From positions 12,990 to 76,989 of the forward strand of contig JAFSPW010000033.1 in NCBI GenBank assembly GCA_017451295.1: DNA of 64,000 nt. The letters are read 5' to 3'. Both the position numbers and the translations under genes were made by a program. Positions 37,203 through 46,042 of the stretch are shown piece by piece; the stretch's first letter is position 1, and each line of letters starts with the position of its first letter. This DNA comes from Clostridia bacterium (GTDB lineage: Bacteria > Bacillota > Clostridia > Christensenellales > CAG-138). The notes under the pieces were generated by a model, which made no database searches, was not told where the DNA came from, and saw only the letters and a list, made by a program, of their open reading frames with translations.

Positions 37203-39035
37203 TTATCCGTTGTTTTCCGGTTCGTTTTCAGGAGCTTTTTCCGTCGGTGCCTGCGTGGGGGTCTTGGTGGCAGAAGGGGTGTTTTGCTCCGGCTCGGCGA
37301 CAGGGGTGCTCTCCGGCTTGGGAGTGACGGCAGGCGTGCTCTCTGGCTTCGGCGTGACGGCAGGCGTGTTCTCCGGTGCAGGCGTGGATTCCTCCACAAC
37401 CAAGGTTCCCTCCGTCACTTCGTTGGGGAACATCCTGTAGGTGGAAACGCCCAGGTCGATGGAGTTCACCAACTTGCCGTTCTTATAAAACTCCTTATAG
37501 GTTCGATAGGTATAGCCGGTGCTGCCCTTTTTATCCACCTTCCGGTAGGTAACAGGCTTGGTATCATCATATGTAATCTTGTCCTCGATAGCGGTGGTAC
37601 CCGTTCTCTTGGTGCGAATGCGGATTTCATCATACTCCTCTGTGTCCATGGGCAAACCATAGATCTGCATGGTCAAGGTGTTGCCGCTGGTGAAGGCGAT
37701 GATGATGATGTCCCCGTCCGTATCGTTCTCGAACTTAAAGTCAATCTCATTGCCGACGGAGTTGATGGTTGCATCCCGGCCCTTGTCTACATAGTGCACG
37801 GGCATGCTGTGGTTGCGCCGTTCCACAATCTTCAAATCCGCCATAAGCACCGCATTATAGAGGGTGGAGGACAGCTGGCACACGCCGCCGCCGGCCTGCT
37901 GGACCACTTCGCCGCCCTCATAGGCACCGGCGCTCTTCCAGCCGTTGGCCTTCGTCCGCTTGCCCAGGGTCTGGTTGGCGGAAAAGACCTCACCGGGTTT
38001 TAGGACGGTCCCGTTGATCTTCTCTGCGCCGAAGCGAATGTTGTACTTTCGATTGCTGGTGCTGCCGGAGAAGCTGGTGCTAAAGCCAGGTCCCCGCATG
38101 GTGTACTGCCCTTGCAGCATCTGCTTGGTGATGGGGGCAGTCAGCTCCGTCATAGGAATGTCGATAACCGTTCCGGAGGTGGGGTCGGTAGCAAGGATCG
38201 TGTTCACCAGGGCCGTTTGGTCCACGCCCCGGCCGTTGACTTCGTCCACATAAACAATGGCGTTGTTCTCCATGCTAAGCGTAGCATTCTTCGCAGGCGT
38301 ATCAATGGCGTTTGCGAGGAACGCCACAAAGCCGGTGACGGAATCCTTGTCATACTGGGGCCGAGCGGCCACATCATAGCCTGCGGCAATCTGTTGCACC
38401 TGCGCCATAAACGAATCATAGTCGAGGGTTCTATCGCGCATAAGGCCGAAAGCGGTATCAATGGCCTCATCTACATCAAACACCAGACGAATGCCGATAT
38501 CGTTGGAAGCAGCGGCACCAGTTTCCGCTTCCTCCTCCTCGGCAGCAGCCTCCTCGGCCGCCATCATTTCCGGATCCACCTCGTCCTCGTCCTCTTCTTC
38601 GATTACGGAGGCGGTGTTGTTCTTGGCAGCTTCTTCAATTCCTTCTGCGGTGCAGGGATACACCTTGGTGCCGTCCCTAAACTGCAGATTCGCTTGCTGG
38701 GCCGCCGAAAGGGCAGCAGTAGACAAAGCGGCTTTTGCCTCGTCTTTGGTCATGCCGCCAACATTCACGCCCAAAATGGCCGTGCCGGGCAGCATGGTGG
38801 TACGCAGGGTGATGGCATCTATCTCGGCCTGATGCTGTTGCTGCAGCTCGTCCACCTGGGGTAAGGAGACCTCCAAATCCTTCGGCGCAATGGTTGCCTG
38901 TTGAACCGCAGGCGTGATGGCAGGGGTATTCCCGCTCAATAAAATGGCGCACAGACCGCCGGCCAAAACGAGAACGCCGGCGCTTGCGCCCAGTATCCAA
39001 GTCAAATTCTTTTTGCCCATAAGAGCCCTCCTCAT
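37203..39035 (-). CDS. VanW-family cell-wall-associated protein with G5-like domain and Pro/Thr-rich tail
   Basis: 610 aa with an N-terminal TM anchor. VanW core (...GGGVCQLSSTLYNAVL...ERRNHS), a G5-like segment (TYDDTKPVTYRKVDKKG...), and the C-terminal repeat PESTPAVTPK x2-3 encoded by a 30-bp tandem repeat at 37308-37387. Confidence 0.85.
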   Translation of the reverse strand: MRRALMGKKNLTWILGASAGVLVLAGGLCAILLSGNTPAITPAVQQATIAPKDLEVSLPQVDELQQQHQAEIDAITLRTTMLPGTAILGVNVGGMTKDEAKAALSTAALSAAQQANLQFRDGTKVYPCTAEGIEEAAKNNTASVIEEEDEDEVDPEMMAAEEAAAEEEEAETGAAASNDIGIRLVFDVDEAIDTAFGLMRDRTLDYDSFMAQVQQIAAGYDVAARPQYDKDSVTGFVAFLANAIDTPAKNATLSMENNAIVYVDEVNGRGVDQTALVNTILATDPTSGTVIDIPMTELTAPITKQMLQGQYTMRGPGFSTSFSGSTSNRKYNIRFGAEKINGTVLKPGEVFSANQTLGKRTKANGWKSAGAYEGGEVVQQAGGGVCQLSSTLYNAVLMADLKIVERRNHSMPVHYVDKGRDATINSVGNEIDFKFENDTDGDIIIIAFTSGNTLTMQIYGLPMDTEEYDEIRIRTKRTGTTAIEDKITYDDTKPVTYRKVDKKGSTGYTYRTYKEFYKNGKLVNSIDLGVSTYRMFPNEVTEGTLVVEESTPAPENTPAVTPKPESTPAVTPKPESTPVAEPEQNTPSATKTPTQAPTEKAPENEPENNG

Positions 39036-39160
39036 AACGATGGTTTCATTGTATAGTTTTTTTTCTTAATTACCATACCTTTAGGGGAGGCTTTACAACA
39101 AAGTTACAAATTTATGACAATAATCTGTTCAAACGACAGCTTTTATGCTATTCTTTTCCT

Positions 39161-39649
39161 ATGAAAAAAACTGCTGCACAATCTGTACCCGCCAACAAAA
39201 GTCCCATGGATGCCGCCCTCGGATATTTAACTGCCCGTATGCGTACCGTCCGGGAGGTGGAGGAGTATTTAGATAAGCTCCAATACGGGGAAGGCGATAT
39301 CATTCTTACCGTTGCAAGGCTCAAGGAACTAGGCCTATTGAACGATGAACACTTTGCACAGGAGTTCGTCAGGACCAGACTCAATACCAAGCCCGTGAGC
39401 CGCAATAAGCTCAATATGGATTTGCAGGCGCACAAGGTGCCGGAGGATATAATCGACGAGACTTTGTCCCAGCTTCCGGCTGACACGGAACGAAACAACG
39501 CCCTTGCCGTTGCCGAAAAGTTTTGGCGGCAGATGAGCGCTCTCGATGACAGTACGCGGCGGGAGCGGGTGTTGCGGCGACTTATGAGCCGAGGCTTTTC
39601 TACCGAGGCAAGCCTTGCTGTCCTGCGGCAAATCGAGGAAAAACAATGA
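39161..39649 (+). CDS. recX: recombination regulator RecX
   Basis: 162 aa. AL.YL..R.RT..EV...L and the three-repeat helical pattern of RecX. Confidence 0.8.
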   Translation: MKKTAAQSVPANKSPMDAALGYLTARMRTVREVEEYLDKLQYGEGDIILTVARLKELGLLNDEHFAQEFVRTRLNTKPVSRNKLNMDLQAHKVPEDIIDETLSQLPADTERNNALAVAEKFWRQMSALDDSTRRERVLRRLMSRGFSTEASLAVLRQIEEKQ

Positions 39650-40983
39650 TTCCCGTATTTGGGGAAAAAGAGTACAATGAAGCTGTACGCATATACTCGC
39701 CGGAAGCTATCGCCAGGGAAGCGGTTGCATTGATGGGAAGCCGTGACCGGGAAGTGCTCGTCGTGTATGACGATAGCCTCTGCGGACAGGTTGGACAGGC
39801 TATCGCCCGCCTGCTTTTGGAGGCAGGGGTCAGCTGTCGCTCGATTCACGCTTTTTCGGAGTCGTTTCCCAAAACCTTCTCCGGTCGTATTCTCGATTGT
39901 TTGATGGAGCAAAGGGAGGAGGCCCCCGCCTTGATTGATGCAATGGAAGGGCTTGCCTGTCCCATCATCAGCCTGTTTATTCCCTACGGCCTTTCTTTGA
40001 ACAATGGATTTGTTTTCAGCAAAGCCGTTCATGCAGAGAGTACGCTCTCATTTGGCGGGTGTTTGCAAGGCTTATTTTTAGGCGAAGGCCTTGCCCATTG
40101 CGGGAAAATAGTGCCCTTTTATTCCCTGCATCAGGAAACTATTCTGCACTTGCCCCAATGGTTTTCTCAAGAAGATGCCAGGCGCTGTTTGCCGCCTAGA
40201 AAGCGAACCGCCCATAAAGGCACTTGTGGCAAGGCACTGCTGTGCGTAGGCTCGCCTGAATATGTGGGGGCTGCCATTCTTGCTTGTAAAGCGTGCCTGG
40301 CGGCGGGCTGCGGCATACTGTATGCAGCCTGTCCCCAAATCGTTCGGCAAGCGTTATTCACTTTACCGGAGGCCATCACCATCGCTGTCGGTGAAGAATG
40401 GTCCATGGATGCCGCCGCTGTCGCCGCCAAAGCCATGGAGAATAAAACAGCCATCGGCATAGGCTGTGGCCTTGGCAAGGGAGAATTTGGCCCCCTGCTC
40501 GAGGCGGCTCTGCGCCTGCAGGTGCCCATGGTTTTGGATGCGGACGGGATAAACTACTTAAGCCGGCACCGGGAGCTATATTCCCTGCTGCATGAAAAGG
40601 TTATTTTAACACCGCACCCGGGTGAAATGAGCCGACTGACGGGAACGCCCATAGCGGCAATTGCCGATGACCCCATAGGTTCCGCCTCGTCCTTTGCCAA
40701 GAAATGGAACTGTACGGTATTGCTAAAGGGCACCGCTACGGTGGTAAGCGATGGGAAGCAGACCCGAATCATAGCCGAAGGGAATGCCGGCCTTGCCAAG
40801 GGCGGCAGCGGAGATGTGCTGACGGGAATCATTACCGGGTTGCTGGCACAGGGCATAGGCACCCTGGATGCCGCTTGCTTGGGAAGCTGGCTGCTGGGTG
40901 TTTCGGCAGACAAAGCCATGCAGCTGCTGGGCGAGCGAATGCTTCGGGCAACAAATGTGATTGAAGCCTTAGAACAGATTTAG
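39646..40983 (+). CDS. nnr: NAD(P)H-hydrate repair protein Nnr-like (YjeF C-terminal dehydratase domain intact; N-terminal domain divergent)
   Basis: ATGA overlap with the recX stop. The C-terminal half has HKGTCGKALLCVGS..Y.GAA and GGSGDVLTG. The N-terminal ~170 aa lack the usual GNNGGDG loop. Confidence 0.8.
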   Translation: MIPVFGEKEYNEAVRIYSPEAIAREAVALMGSRDREVLVVYDDSLCGQVGQAIARLLLEAGVSCRSIHAFSESFPKTFSGRILDCLMEQREEAPALIDAMEGLACPIISLFIPYGLSLNNGFVFSKAVHAESTLSFGGCLQGLFLGEGLAHCGKIVPFYSLHQETILHLPQWFSQEDARRCLPPRKRTAHKGTCGKALLCVGSPEYVGAAILACKACLAAGCGILYAACPQIVRQALFTLPEAITIAVGEEWSMDAAAVAAKAMENKTAIGIGCGLGKGEFGPLLEAALRLQVPMVLDADGINYLSRHRELYSLLHEKVILTPHPGEMSRLTGTPIAAIADDPIGSASSFAKKWNCTVLLKGTATVVSDGKQTRIIAEGNAGLAKGGSGDVLTGIITGLLAQGIGTLDAACLGSWLLGVSADKAMQLLGERMLRATNVIEALEQI

Positions 40984-40993
40984 AATTAGGAGG

Positions 40994-41950
40994 ATGAACA
41001 TGCTTCGACTGGGAATCGATGTAGGCGGCACGTTTATAAAAGCCGGTGTTGTGGATGAAAACTATACCATTCTGGAAAAGGTGAGCATACCCACGGGTGC
41101 GGATCAGGGCTTTATCAGCGTGGTAAACACCATTGCCCGCACCGCCCGATTGGCCGCAAAAAAGGTTGGCCGCCCGCTGGAGGATTTTGCCTGCATTGGC
41201 TTTGGCATCCCCGGACTCATCAACCCGAAGAGTGGTGTGGTGGTCCTCGCGCCTAACCTGGAAGGTTGGAAGGATGTGCCTTTTTTAACGGAGATTCAAA
41301 AGCTGCTGCCGGTTAGTGTCTATGCCGGAAATGACGCCAACTGTGCCGTGGTGGGGGAGACCCTGGCCGGTGCCGCCAAGGGATGCAAGGATGTGGTGAT
41401 GTTGACCCTGGGCACCGGCGTAGGCGGCGGTGTCGTCTGTGACGGCAAGCTGTTTACCGGCGGACAGGGCTTAGGGGCAGAGCTTGGGCACATGGTCCTT
41501 TCCATGGACGGCAACACCTGCGGCTGTGGCATGCAGGGCTGCATCGAAGCCTATTGCTCTGTCACCGCCTTTGTTAAACAGACCAAAGCCGCCATGGCGG
41601 CTTATCCAAAATCTCTGATGCATGCCTATGCAAAGGAGGCGGGGGAGGTGGACGGCCGTACCGCCTTTGAATGCTCTAAGGCGGGGGACTTAGCCGCCCA
41701 GACCGTGGTCAATACCTATTGCCGCTACCTTGCCAATGCCATCGGTTCCCTGGTCACCATTTATCGTCCGGAAACCGTACTCATCGGCGGCGGTCTCTCC
41801 AATCAGCGGGAGTATCTGATGGATAAGCTCAACGCCCTTTTGCCCAAGTATACCTTTGCTTCGGGAAGTATCGGCGTTCCCCCCGTTTGCCGTGCGACCC
41901 TTGGAAACGATGCCGGCACCATCGGCGCCGCTTACTTAGACATAATGTAA
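40994..41950 (+). CDS. ROK-family glucokinase
   Basis: GIDVGGTFIKAGVV, a zinc motif ...CGCGMQGCIEAY, and GGG near the C-terminus. 318 aa. Confidence 0.85.
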   Translation: MNMLRLGIDVGGTFIKAGVVDENYTILEKVSIPTGADQGFISVVNTIARTARLAAKKVGRPLEDFACIGFGIPGLINPKSGVVVLAPNLEGWKDVPFLTEIQKLLPVSVYAGNDANCAVVGETLAGAAKGCKDVVMLTLGTGVGGGVVCDGKLFTGGQGLGAELGHMVLSMDGNTCGCGMQGCIEAYCSVTAFVKQTKAAMAAYPKSLMHAYAKEAGEVDGRTAFECSKAGDLAAQTVVNTYCRYLANAIGSLVTIYRPETVLIGGGLSNQREYLMDKLNALLPKYTFASGSIGVPPVCRATLGNDAGTIGAAYLDIM

Positions 41951-41962
41951 GGAGGAATACCC

Positions 41963-42526
41963 ATGGATGTTCAGTCTTATCTGCAGGTGATGCACGTTGC
42001 CGAACGGTTGAAGGATGCCTTGCGCCACGGAAATTCCAGCCATGGCCGAAGGGAAAGCGTGGCCGAACACAGCTGGCGCATCACCCTCATGGCGTTTTTC
42101 ATGGAGGATGAATTCCCCGACGTGGACATGCACAAGGTCATGGAAATGTGCCTCATTCATGATTTAGGGGAATGCTTTACCGGAGATATTCCTACTTTCC
42201 CGAAAACCGATGCGGATGAAAAGACGGAGGCGCAGCTTCTCGGGGACTGGGTTTCGTCTCTGCCTGCACCGTATAACCAAAAGCTCCATGCCTTATATGA
42301 GGAGATGGATGCACAGCAGACCATGGAGGCAAAGATCTACAAGGCCCTGGACAAGATGGAAGCCGTGCTTCAGCACAATGAGGCGCCGTTATCCACCTGG
42401 ATTTTGCGGGAGTATGATTTGAATCGAACCTATGGCTTTGAACAGGCAGCCTGTGCACCGTATCTCATGGAATTAAGAGAAGCCATGCTGCAGGACACAT
42501 TGAAAAAGATTGAAAGCGGTGAATAA
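41963..42526 (+). CDS. HD-domain phosphohydrolase (YfbR-like 5'-nucleotidase family)
   Basis: RESVAEHSWR...IHDLGE (H...HD...D). 187 aa. Confidence 0.8.
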   Translation: MDVQSYLQVMHVAERLKDALRHGNSSHGRRESVAEHSWRITLMAFFMEDEFPDVDMHKVMEMCLIHDLGECFTGDIPTFPKTDADEKTEAQLLGDWVSSLPAPYNQKLHALYEEMDAQQTMEAKIYKALDKMEAVLQHNEAPLSTWILREYDLNRTYGFEQAACAPYLMELREAMLQDTLKKIESGE

Positions 42527-42530
42527 AAAA

Positions 42531-42551
42531 CGGGAGGGGTTATCCCTCCCG
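42531..42551 (-). terminator. rho-independent terminator (T-run on minus strand)
   Basis: cgggaggg-gttat-ccctcccg, with the A6 run on plus equal to a T6 run on minus. Confidence 0.75.
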
Positions 42552-42565
42552 AATTGCTATTTAAG

Positions 42566-43081
42566 TCAGAACATATAGGGCATGTTTTGCGCCCAGTTGG
42601 AAAATAAATCCTGGCCGTATCTGCCCACGCCGAGCAGAAATAGTCCAATGAATACCAGCACGACAATCACCAGCAGAACGAGCCGCAGGGCGCTGATGAT
42701 GATGCCGGCAATGGAAAGGCCCCGCCCATTCTTCTCCTGGGTCTTCTTGGCCTTGTTCAAGCCGATAATGCTGAGAATCAAGCCGGCGATGGCGGTAAAG
42801 GGGCTAAGCAGCATCGGCCAGAAAACCAGGGAGCAGATAAACCCGGCAATAGAAAAACCGTTGGTCTTTCCGGCGGATGCAGAAACGGTGCTGTCGTAGT
42901 TGGGGTTAGAATAGGAGGGAGGCAGTTGCGCCGCAGCAGCCCTATACCCCTCTGACGGCTCGAAGGTGGTTTTCTCCTGGGTATTCACATCCGGTTCCTG
43001 AGCAGGGGCGGCCGGTGCCCCACAGTTGGTGCAAAAATTGGCCCCTTCTGGAAGAAGTGTTCCGCAGCAGGTGCAATGCAT
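42566..43081 (-). CDS. zinc-ribbon plus DUF4190-like membrane protein
   Basis: N-terminal MHCTCCGTLLPEGANFCTNCG (CxxC...CxxC), a low-complexity linker, and two C-terminal TM helices. Confidence 0.7.
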   Translation of the reverse strand: MHCTCCGTLLPEGANFCTNCGAPAAPAQEPDVNTQEKTTFEPSEGYRAAAAQLPPSYSNPNYDSTVSASAGKTNGFSIAGFICSLVFWPMLLSPFTAIAGLILSIIGLNKAKKTQEKNGRGLSIAGIIISALRLVLLVIVVLVFIGLFLLGVGRYGQDLFSNWAQNMPYMF

Positions 43082-43208
43082 TCCTATTATCCTCTCTTTC
43101 CTTTGGGAATGACTATACTATACGCATTCCGCTTTTTTATGTCAAGCATTGAAAACCCATGTTCAAAAAGGGCGAAACATGGTAAAATACGAAAAAAAGG
43201 AGGTGCCT

Positions 43209-44240
43209 ATGAGCAAGTATACCTTTCCCAAAGTGGATCTGCATTTGCATTTAGACGGTTCTGTCCTTCCCGAAAGCGCCTGGGAGATGGCGGCGCAGCG
43301 GGGGATTGCCTTGCCTGCCGATAATCTGGAGGACTTTCGGAAGTTTATCGTCGTCACCGCCGATTGCCGCAGCGTAAACGAATACTTGAAACGCTTTGAA
43401 ATGCCGTTGCAAATCCTCCAGGATGCGGAAGCTTTGCAGCGGGTGGCCTATGAACTTGTTTGCCTCCTGTCTTCTCAGGGCCTTCGCTATGCCGAGATTC
43501 GCTTTGCTCCCCAACTCCACCTGAGAAAAGGGCTCACGCAAGGCGATGCCATCGAGGCGGTGCTCCAAGGCGTGCAAAAGGGTATGGCAGAATGCCCCTC
43601 CATCGACATCGGCGTGATACTGTGCGCCATGGTGTTTGGGGAATGCGGCATAAATATGGAGCAAAATCTGCAGACCGTTCGGGAGGCAGCCAAATATTTG
43701 AATACTGGCGTTGTTGCGGTGGACCTTGCCGGAGCAGAGGGACTGACACCGCTTAGCACCTTTGCGCCTGTTTTTGATTTGGCAAAGGAGTTGCATGTAC
43801 CCTATACCTGCCATGCCGGGGACAGCCAGGGGTCGGAGACGGTGCTCGATGCCCTGAACTTTGGCACCAAACGCATTGGGCACGGTCATCACATCTTTGA
43901 GGATAAGGACCTGTGTGCAAGGGCCATTGCCGAAGGGGTCACCCTGGAGGTTTGCCCCACCAGCAACATTCAATGCAGCACGCGACCGAGCTATGAGGAG
44001 CACCCCTTAAAGAAACTGATAGATATGGGTATCAGCTGCACCATCAACACGGACAACATGATTCTATCCGACATAGACTTGGATAAGGAGTACGACCGCT
44101 GCTTAAGCCAGATGGGCCTTACCCTGGGGGATATTATCCGCTGCAATATCAACAGTGTCAAAGCCTCCTTTATGGCACCCGAAAAGAAACAGCCTTTGAT
44201 TCGTGAGCTTATCGACGCCCTTTGGGGCTTGGATGCCTGA
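43209..44240 (+). CDS. add: adenosine deaminase
   Basis: Start re-set to ATG 43209 (SD aaggagg). KVDLHLHLDGS, HAGE-like CHAGD, and TINTDN. Confidence 0.9.
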   Translation: MSKYTFPKVDLHLHLDGSVLPESAWEMAAQRGIALPADNLEDFRKFIVVTADCRSVNEYLKRFEMPLQILQDAEALQRVAYELVCLLSSQGLRYAEIRFAPQLHLRKGLTQGDAIEAVLQGVQKGMAECPSIDIGVILCAMVFGECGINMEQNLQTVREAAKYLNTGVVAVDLAGAEGLTPLSTFAPVFDLAKELHVPYTCHAGDSQGSETVLDALNFGTKRIGHGHHIFEDKDLCARAIAEGVTLEVCPTSNIQCSTRPSYEEHPLKKLIDMGISCTINTDNMILSDIDLDKEYDRCLSQMGLTLGDIIRCNINSVKASFMAPEKKQPLIRELIDALWGLDA

Positions 44241-44248
44241 ATTGGGGT

Positions 44249-44277
44249 TTGACTTCTCTTGTGAAGAGGTCTATACT
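44249..44277 (+). promoter_or_regulatory. sigma-A promoter (TTGACT-N17-TATACT) for ddh
   Basis: Hexamers at 44249-44254 and 44272-44277. Confidence 0.65.
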
Positions 44278-44307
44278 GTTTGAAAAATATATAATCAGGA
44301 GCTTGAC

Positions 44308-45288
44308 ATGATACGCATTGGAATCGTTGGCTATGGAAATGTGGGTCGAGGGGTGGAGGCTGCCATTGCTCAAAATGAGGATATGTCCCTTGTCGGCATC
44401 TTCACTCGCCGTGATGTTGGCACGGTGCACCCTGTCTTTTCCGACACGCCAGTTTATCCCATTTCAGACTTGGAGGAGGGTAAGGCGGATATAGATGTGC
44501 TGCTGCTGTGCGGCGGCAGTGCCACGGACCTCCCCGTTCAAACGCCCTCTTTTGCGAGGAAATACTCCGTGGTGGATACCTTCGATACCCATGCCCGCAT
44601 ACCGGAGCACTTTGCCGCCGTTGACAAAGCCGCTACGACTGCCAGCACTACCGCCATCATCAGCACCGGTTGGGACCCGGGTCTATTCTCCCTCATGCGC
44701 CTTTTGGAGCAGGCTTCCTTGCCCGTGGGCAGCGGAGATGCCTTCTGGGGTCCGGGAGTAAGCCAGGGCCATTCCGATGCCGTGCGCCGCTTGCCCGGTG
44801 TAGCCGATGCCAGGCAGTATACCATTCCCGTACAGAAGACGGTGAACGCCGTCCGCCAGGGCCAGGGCGGCTTTACCGCCCGGGAAAAGCATACAAGGGA
44901 AGTTTATGTGGTGCTCAAGGAAGGGGCAGACCCGCAAAAGGTGGCCCAGGACATCATCACCATGCCCCATTATTTTGACGAATACGATACCACGGTGCAT
45001 TTTATCACTGCCGAGGAGATGGCAGCAGAGCATACCGCCATGCCCCATGCGGGCTTTGTTATCCGCAGCGGTCGGGTGGGCGCCGAGCAGGAGCACAAAT
45101 CCTTGATGGAGTTTAGACTGGAACTGGAATCCAACCCGGAGTTCACCGCTTCCGTTATGGCAGCCTTTGCCCGTGCCTGTTATCGCCTGCACCAAAGCGG
45201 CTGCTTCGGCTGTTTCACGCCCTTTGATGTCCCGCTGGGATTGCTTTCGCCCCTTTCCGCCGAGGAACTGCGGCGCACGCTCTTGTAA
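44308..45288 (+). CDS. ddh: meso-diaminopimelate D-dehydrogenase
   Basis: MIRIGIVGYGNVGRGV..., STGWDPG.FS, FWGPGVSQGHSDA.RR. It is collinear with Corynebacterium-type Ddh. 326 aa. Confidence 0.9.
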   Translation: MIRIGIVGYGNVGRGVEAAIAQNEDMSLVGIFTRRDVGTVHPVFSDTPVYPISDLEEGKADIDVLLLCGGSATDLPVQTPSFARKYSVVDTFDTHARIPEHFAAVDKAATTASTTAIISTGWDPGLFSLMRLLEQASLPVGSGDAFWGPGVSQGHSDAVRRLPGVADARQYTIPVQKTVNAVRQGQGGFTAREKHTREVYVVLKEGADPQKVAQDIITMPHYFDEYDTTVHFITAEEMAAEHTAMPHAGFVIRSGRVGAEQEHKSLMEFRLELESNPEFTASVMAAFARACYRLHQSGCFGCFTPFDVPLGLLSPLSAEELRRTLL

Positions 45289-45310
45289 TAGTTTAGGAGG
45301 AACACGCCTG

Positions 45311-46042
45311 ATGCTGCTCACCGGTAAAGAACCGGCACAAAAGCTATATGAAACCTTGCCTAAAAGGGAGGAAATGCCCGGCCTGCTCGCTATGTATGAC
45401 CCAAAGGACGTGCCGGCCGGATGGTATGTAAAGACCATTCTTCGGGAGGGTAACGCCCACGGCATACCGGTATATGCTTGTCCCTTTGGGACGGATTGTC
45501 CCGTTCCTTTGGAAAGATTGGGGGGCATGATTCTTTTGAGCAAGCCGCCCTATCCCATCTGTATTCCGGAAAAGCTCGATGTGGACGGCATGGGCACCGG
45601 CGGCTATGCTGCCCTGTATGCAGGGCAAAAAGAGGGTTTCCCGAAGAACACCCCCTGCACGGCAGAAGCCTGTGTCCGTTTGCTGGATTACTATAGTATT
45701 CCGGTTTCGGGCAAGCATGTGGTCATCCTTGGACGCTCGCTTACGGTAGGTCGTCCGTTAGCCATGCTGCTGATGAGTCGGGATGCCACCGTCACCATCT
45801 GCCACAGCAAAAGCCAGCATCTTTCTGAGCTTTGCCAATCCGCCGATATCCTCATTTGCGCCACCGGCAAGTCGGGCTTAGTCGGCAGGGAACAGGTGTC
45901 TCCCTGGCAGACGGTCATCAACATCGGCGGCGAGGTGATAGAGGAGGAGGTCCAGCCACTGGTCCAAAACTTTTGCCCCCTAAGAGGCGGCATCGGCGCC
46001 CTTACCACCGCTGTGCTCTTTAGGCATGTGGTGGGCAATTAA
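45311..46042 (+). CDS. FolD-like methylenetetrahydrofolate dehydrogenase/cyclohydrolase, short divergent form
   Basis: Start re-set to ATG 45311 (SD aggagg). The C-terminal NAD(P) domain is conserved (GKHVVILGRSLTVGRPLAMLL..., ATG.., GGIGALT). The N-terminal catalytic domain is ~40 aa shorter than canonical FolD. Confidence 0.65.
   Translation: MLLTGKEPAQKLYETLPKREEMPGLLAMYDPKDVPAGWYVKTILREGNAHGIPVYACPFGTDCPVPLERLGGMILLSKPPYPICIPEKLDVDGMGTGGYAALYAGQKEGFPKNTPCTAEACVRLLDYYSIPVSGKHVVILGRSLTVGRPLAMLLMSRDATVTICHSKSQHLSELCQSADILICATGKSGLVGREQVSPWQTVINIGGEVIEEEVQPLVQNFCPLRGGIGALTTAVLFRHVVGN

Noticed and set aside
37308-37387. 30-bp tandem repeat considered as a non-coding array or CRISPR-like feature.
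   Set aside because: There are only 2-3 contiguous units and no spacers. They are in-frame within the VanW-family ORF and encode a Pro/Thr-rich linker.
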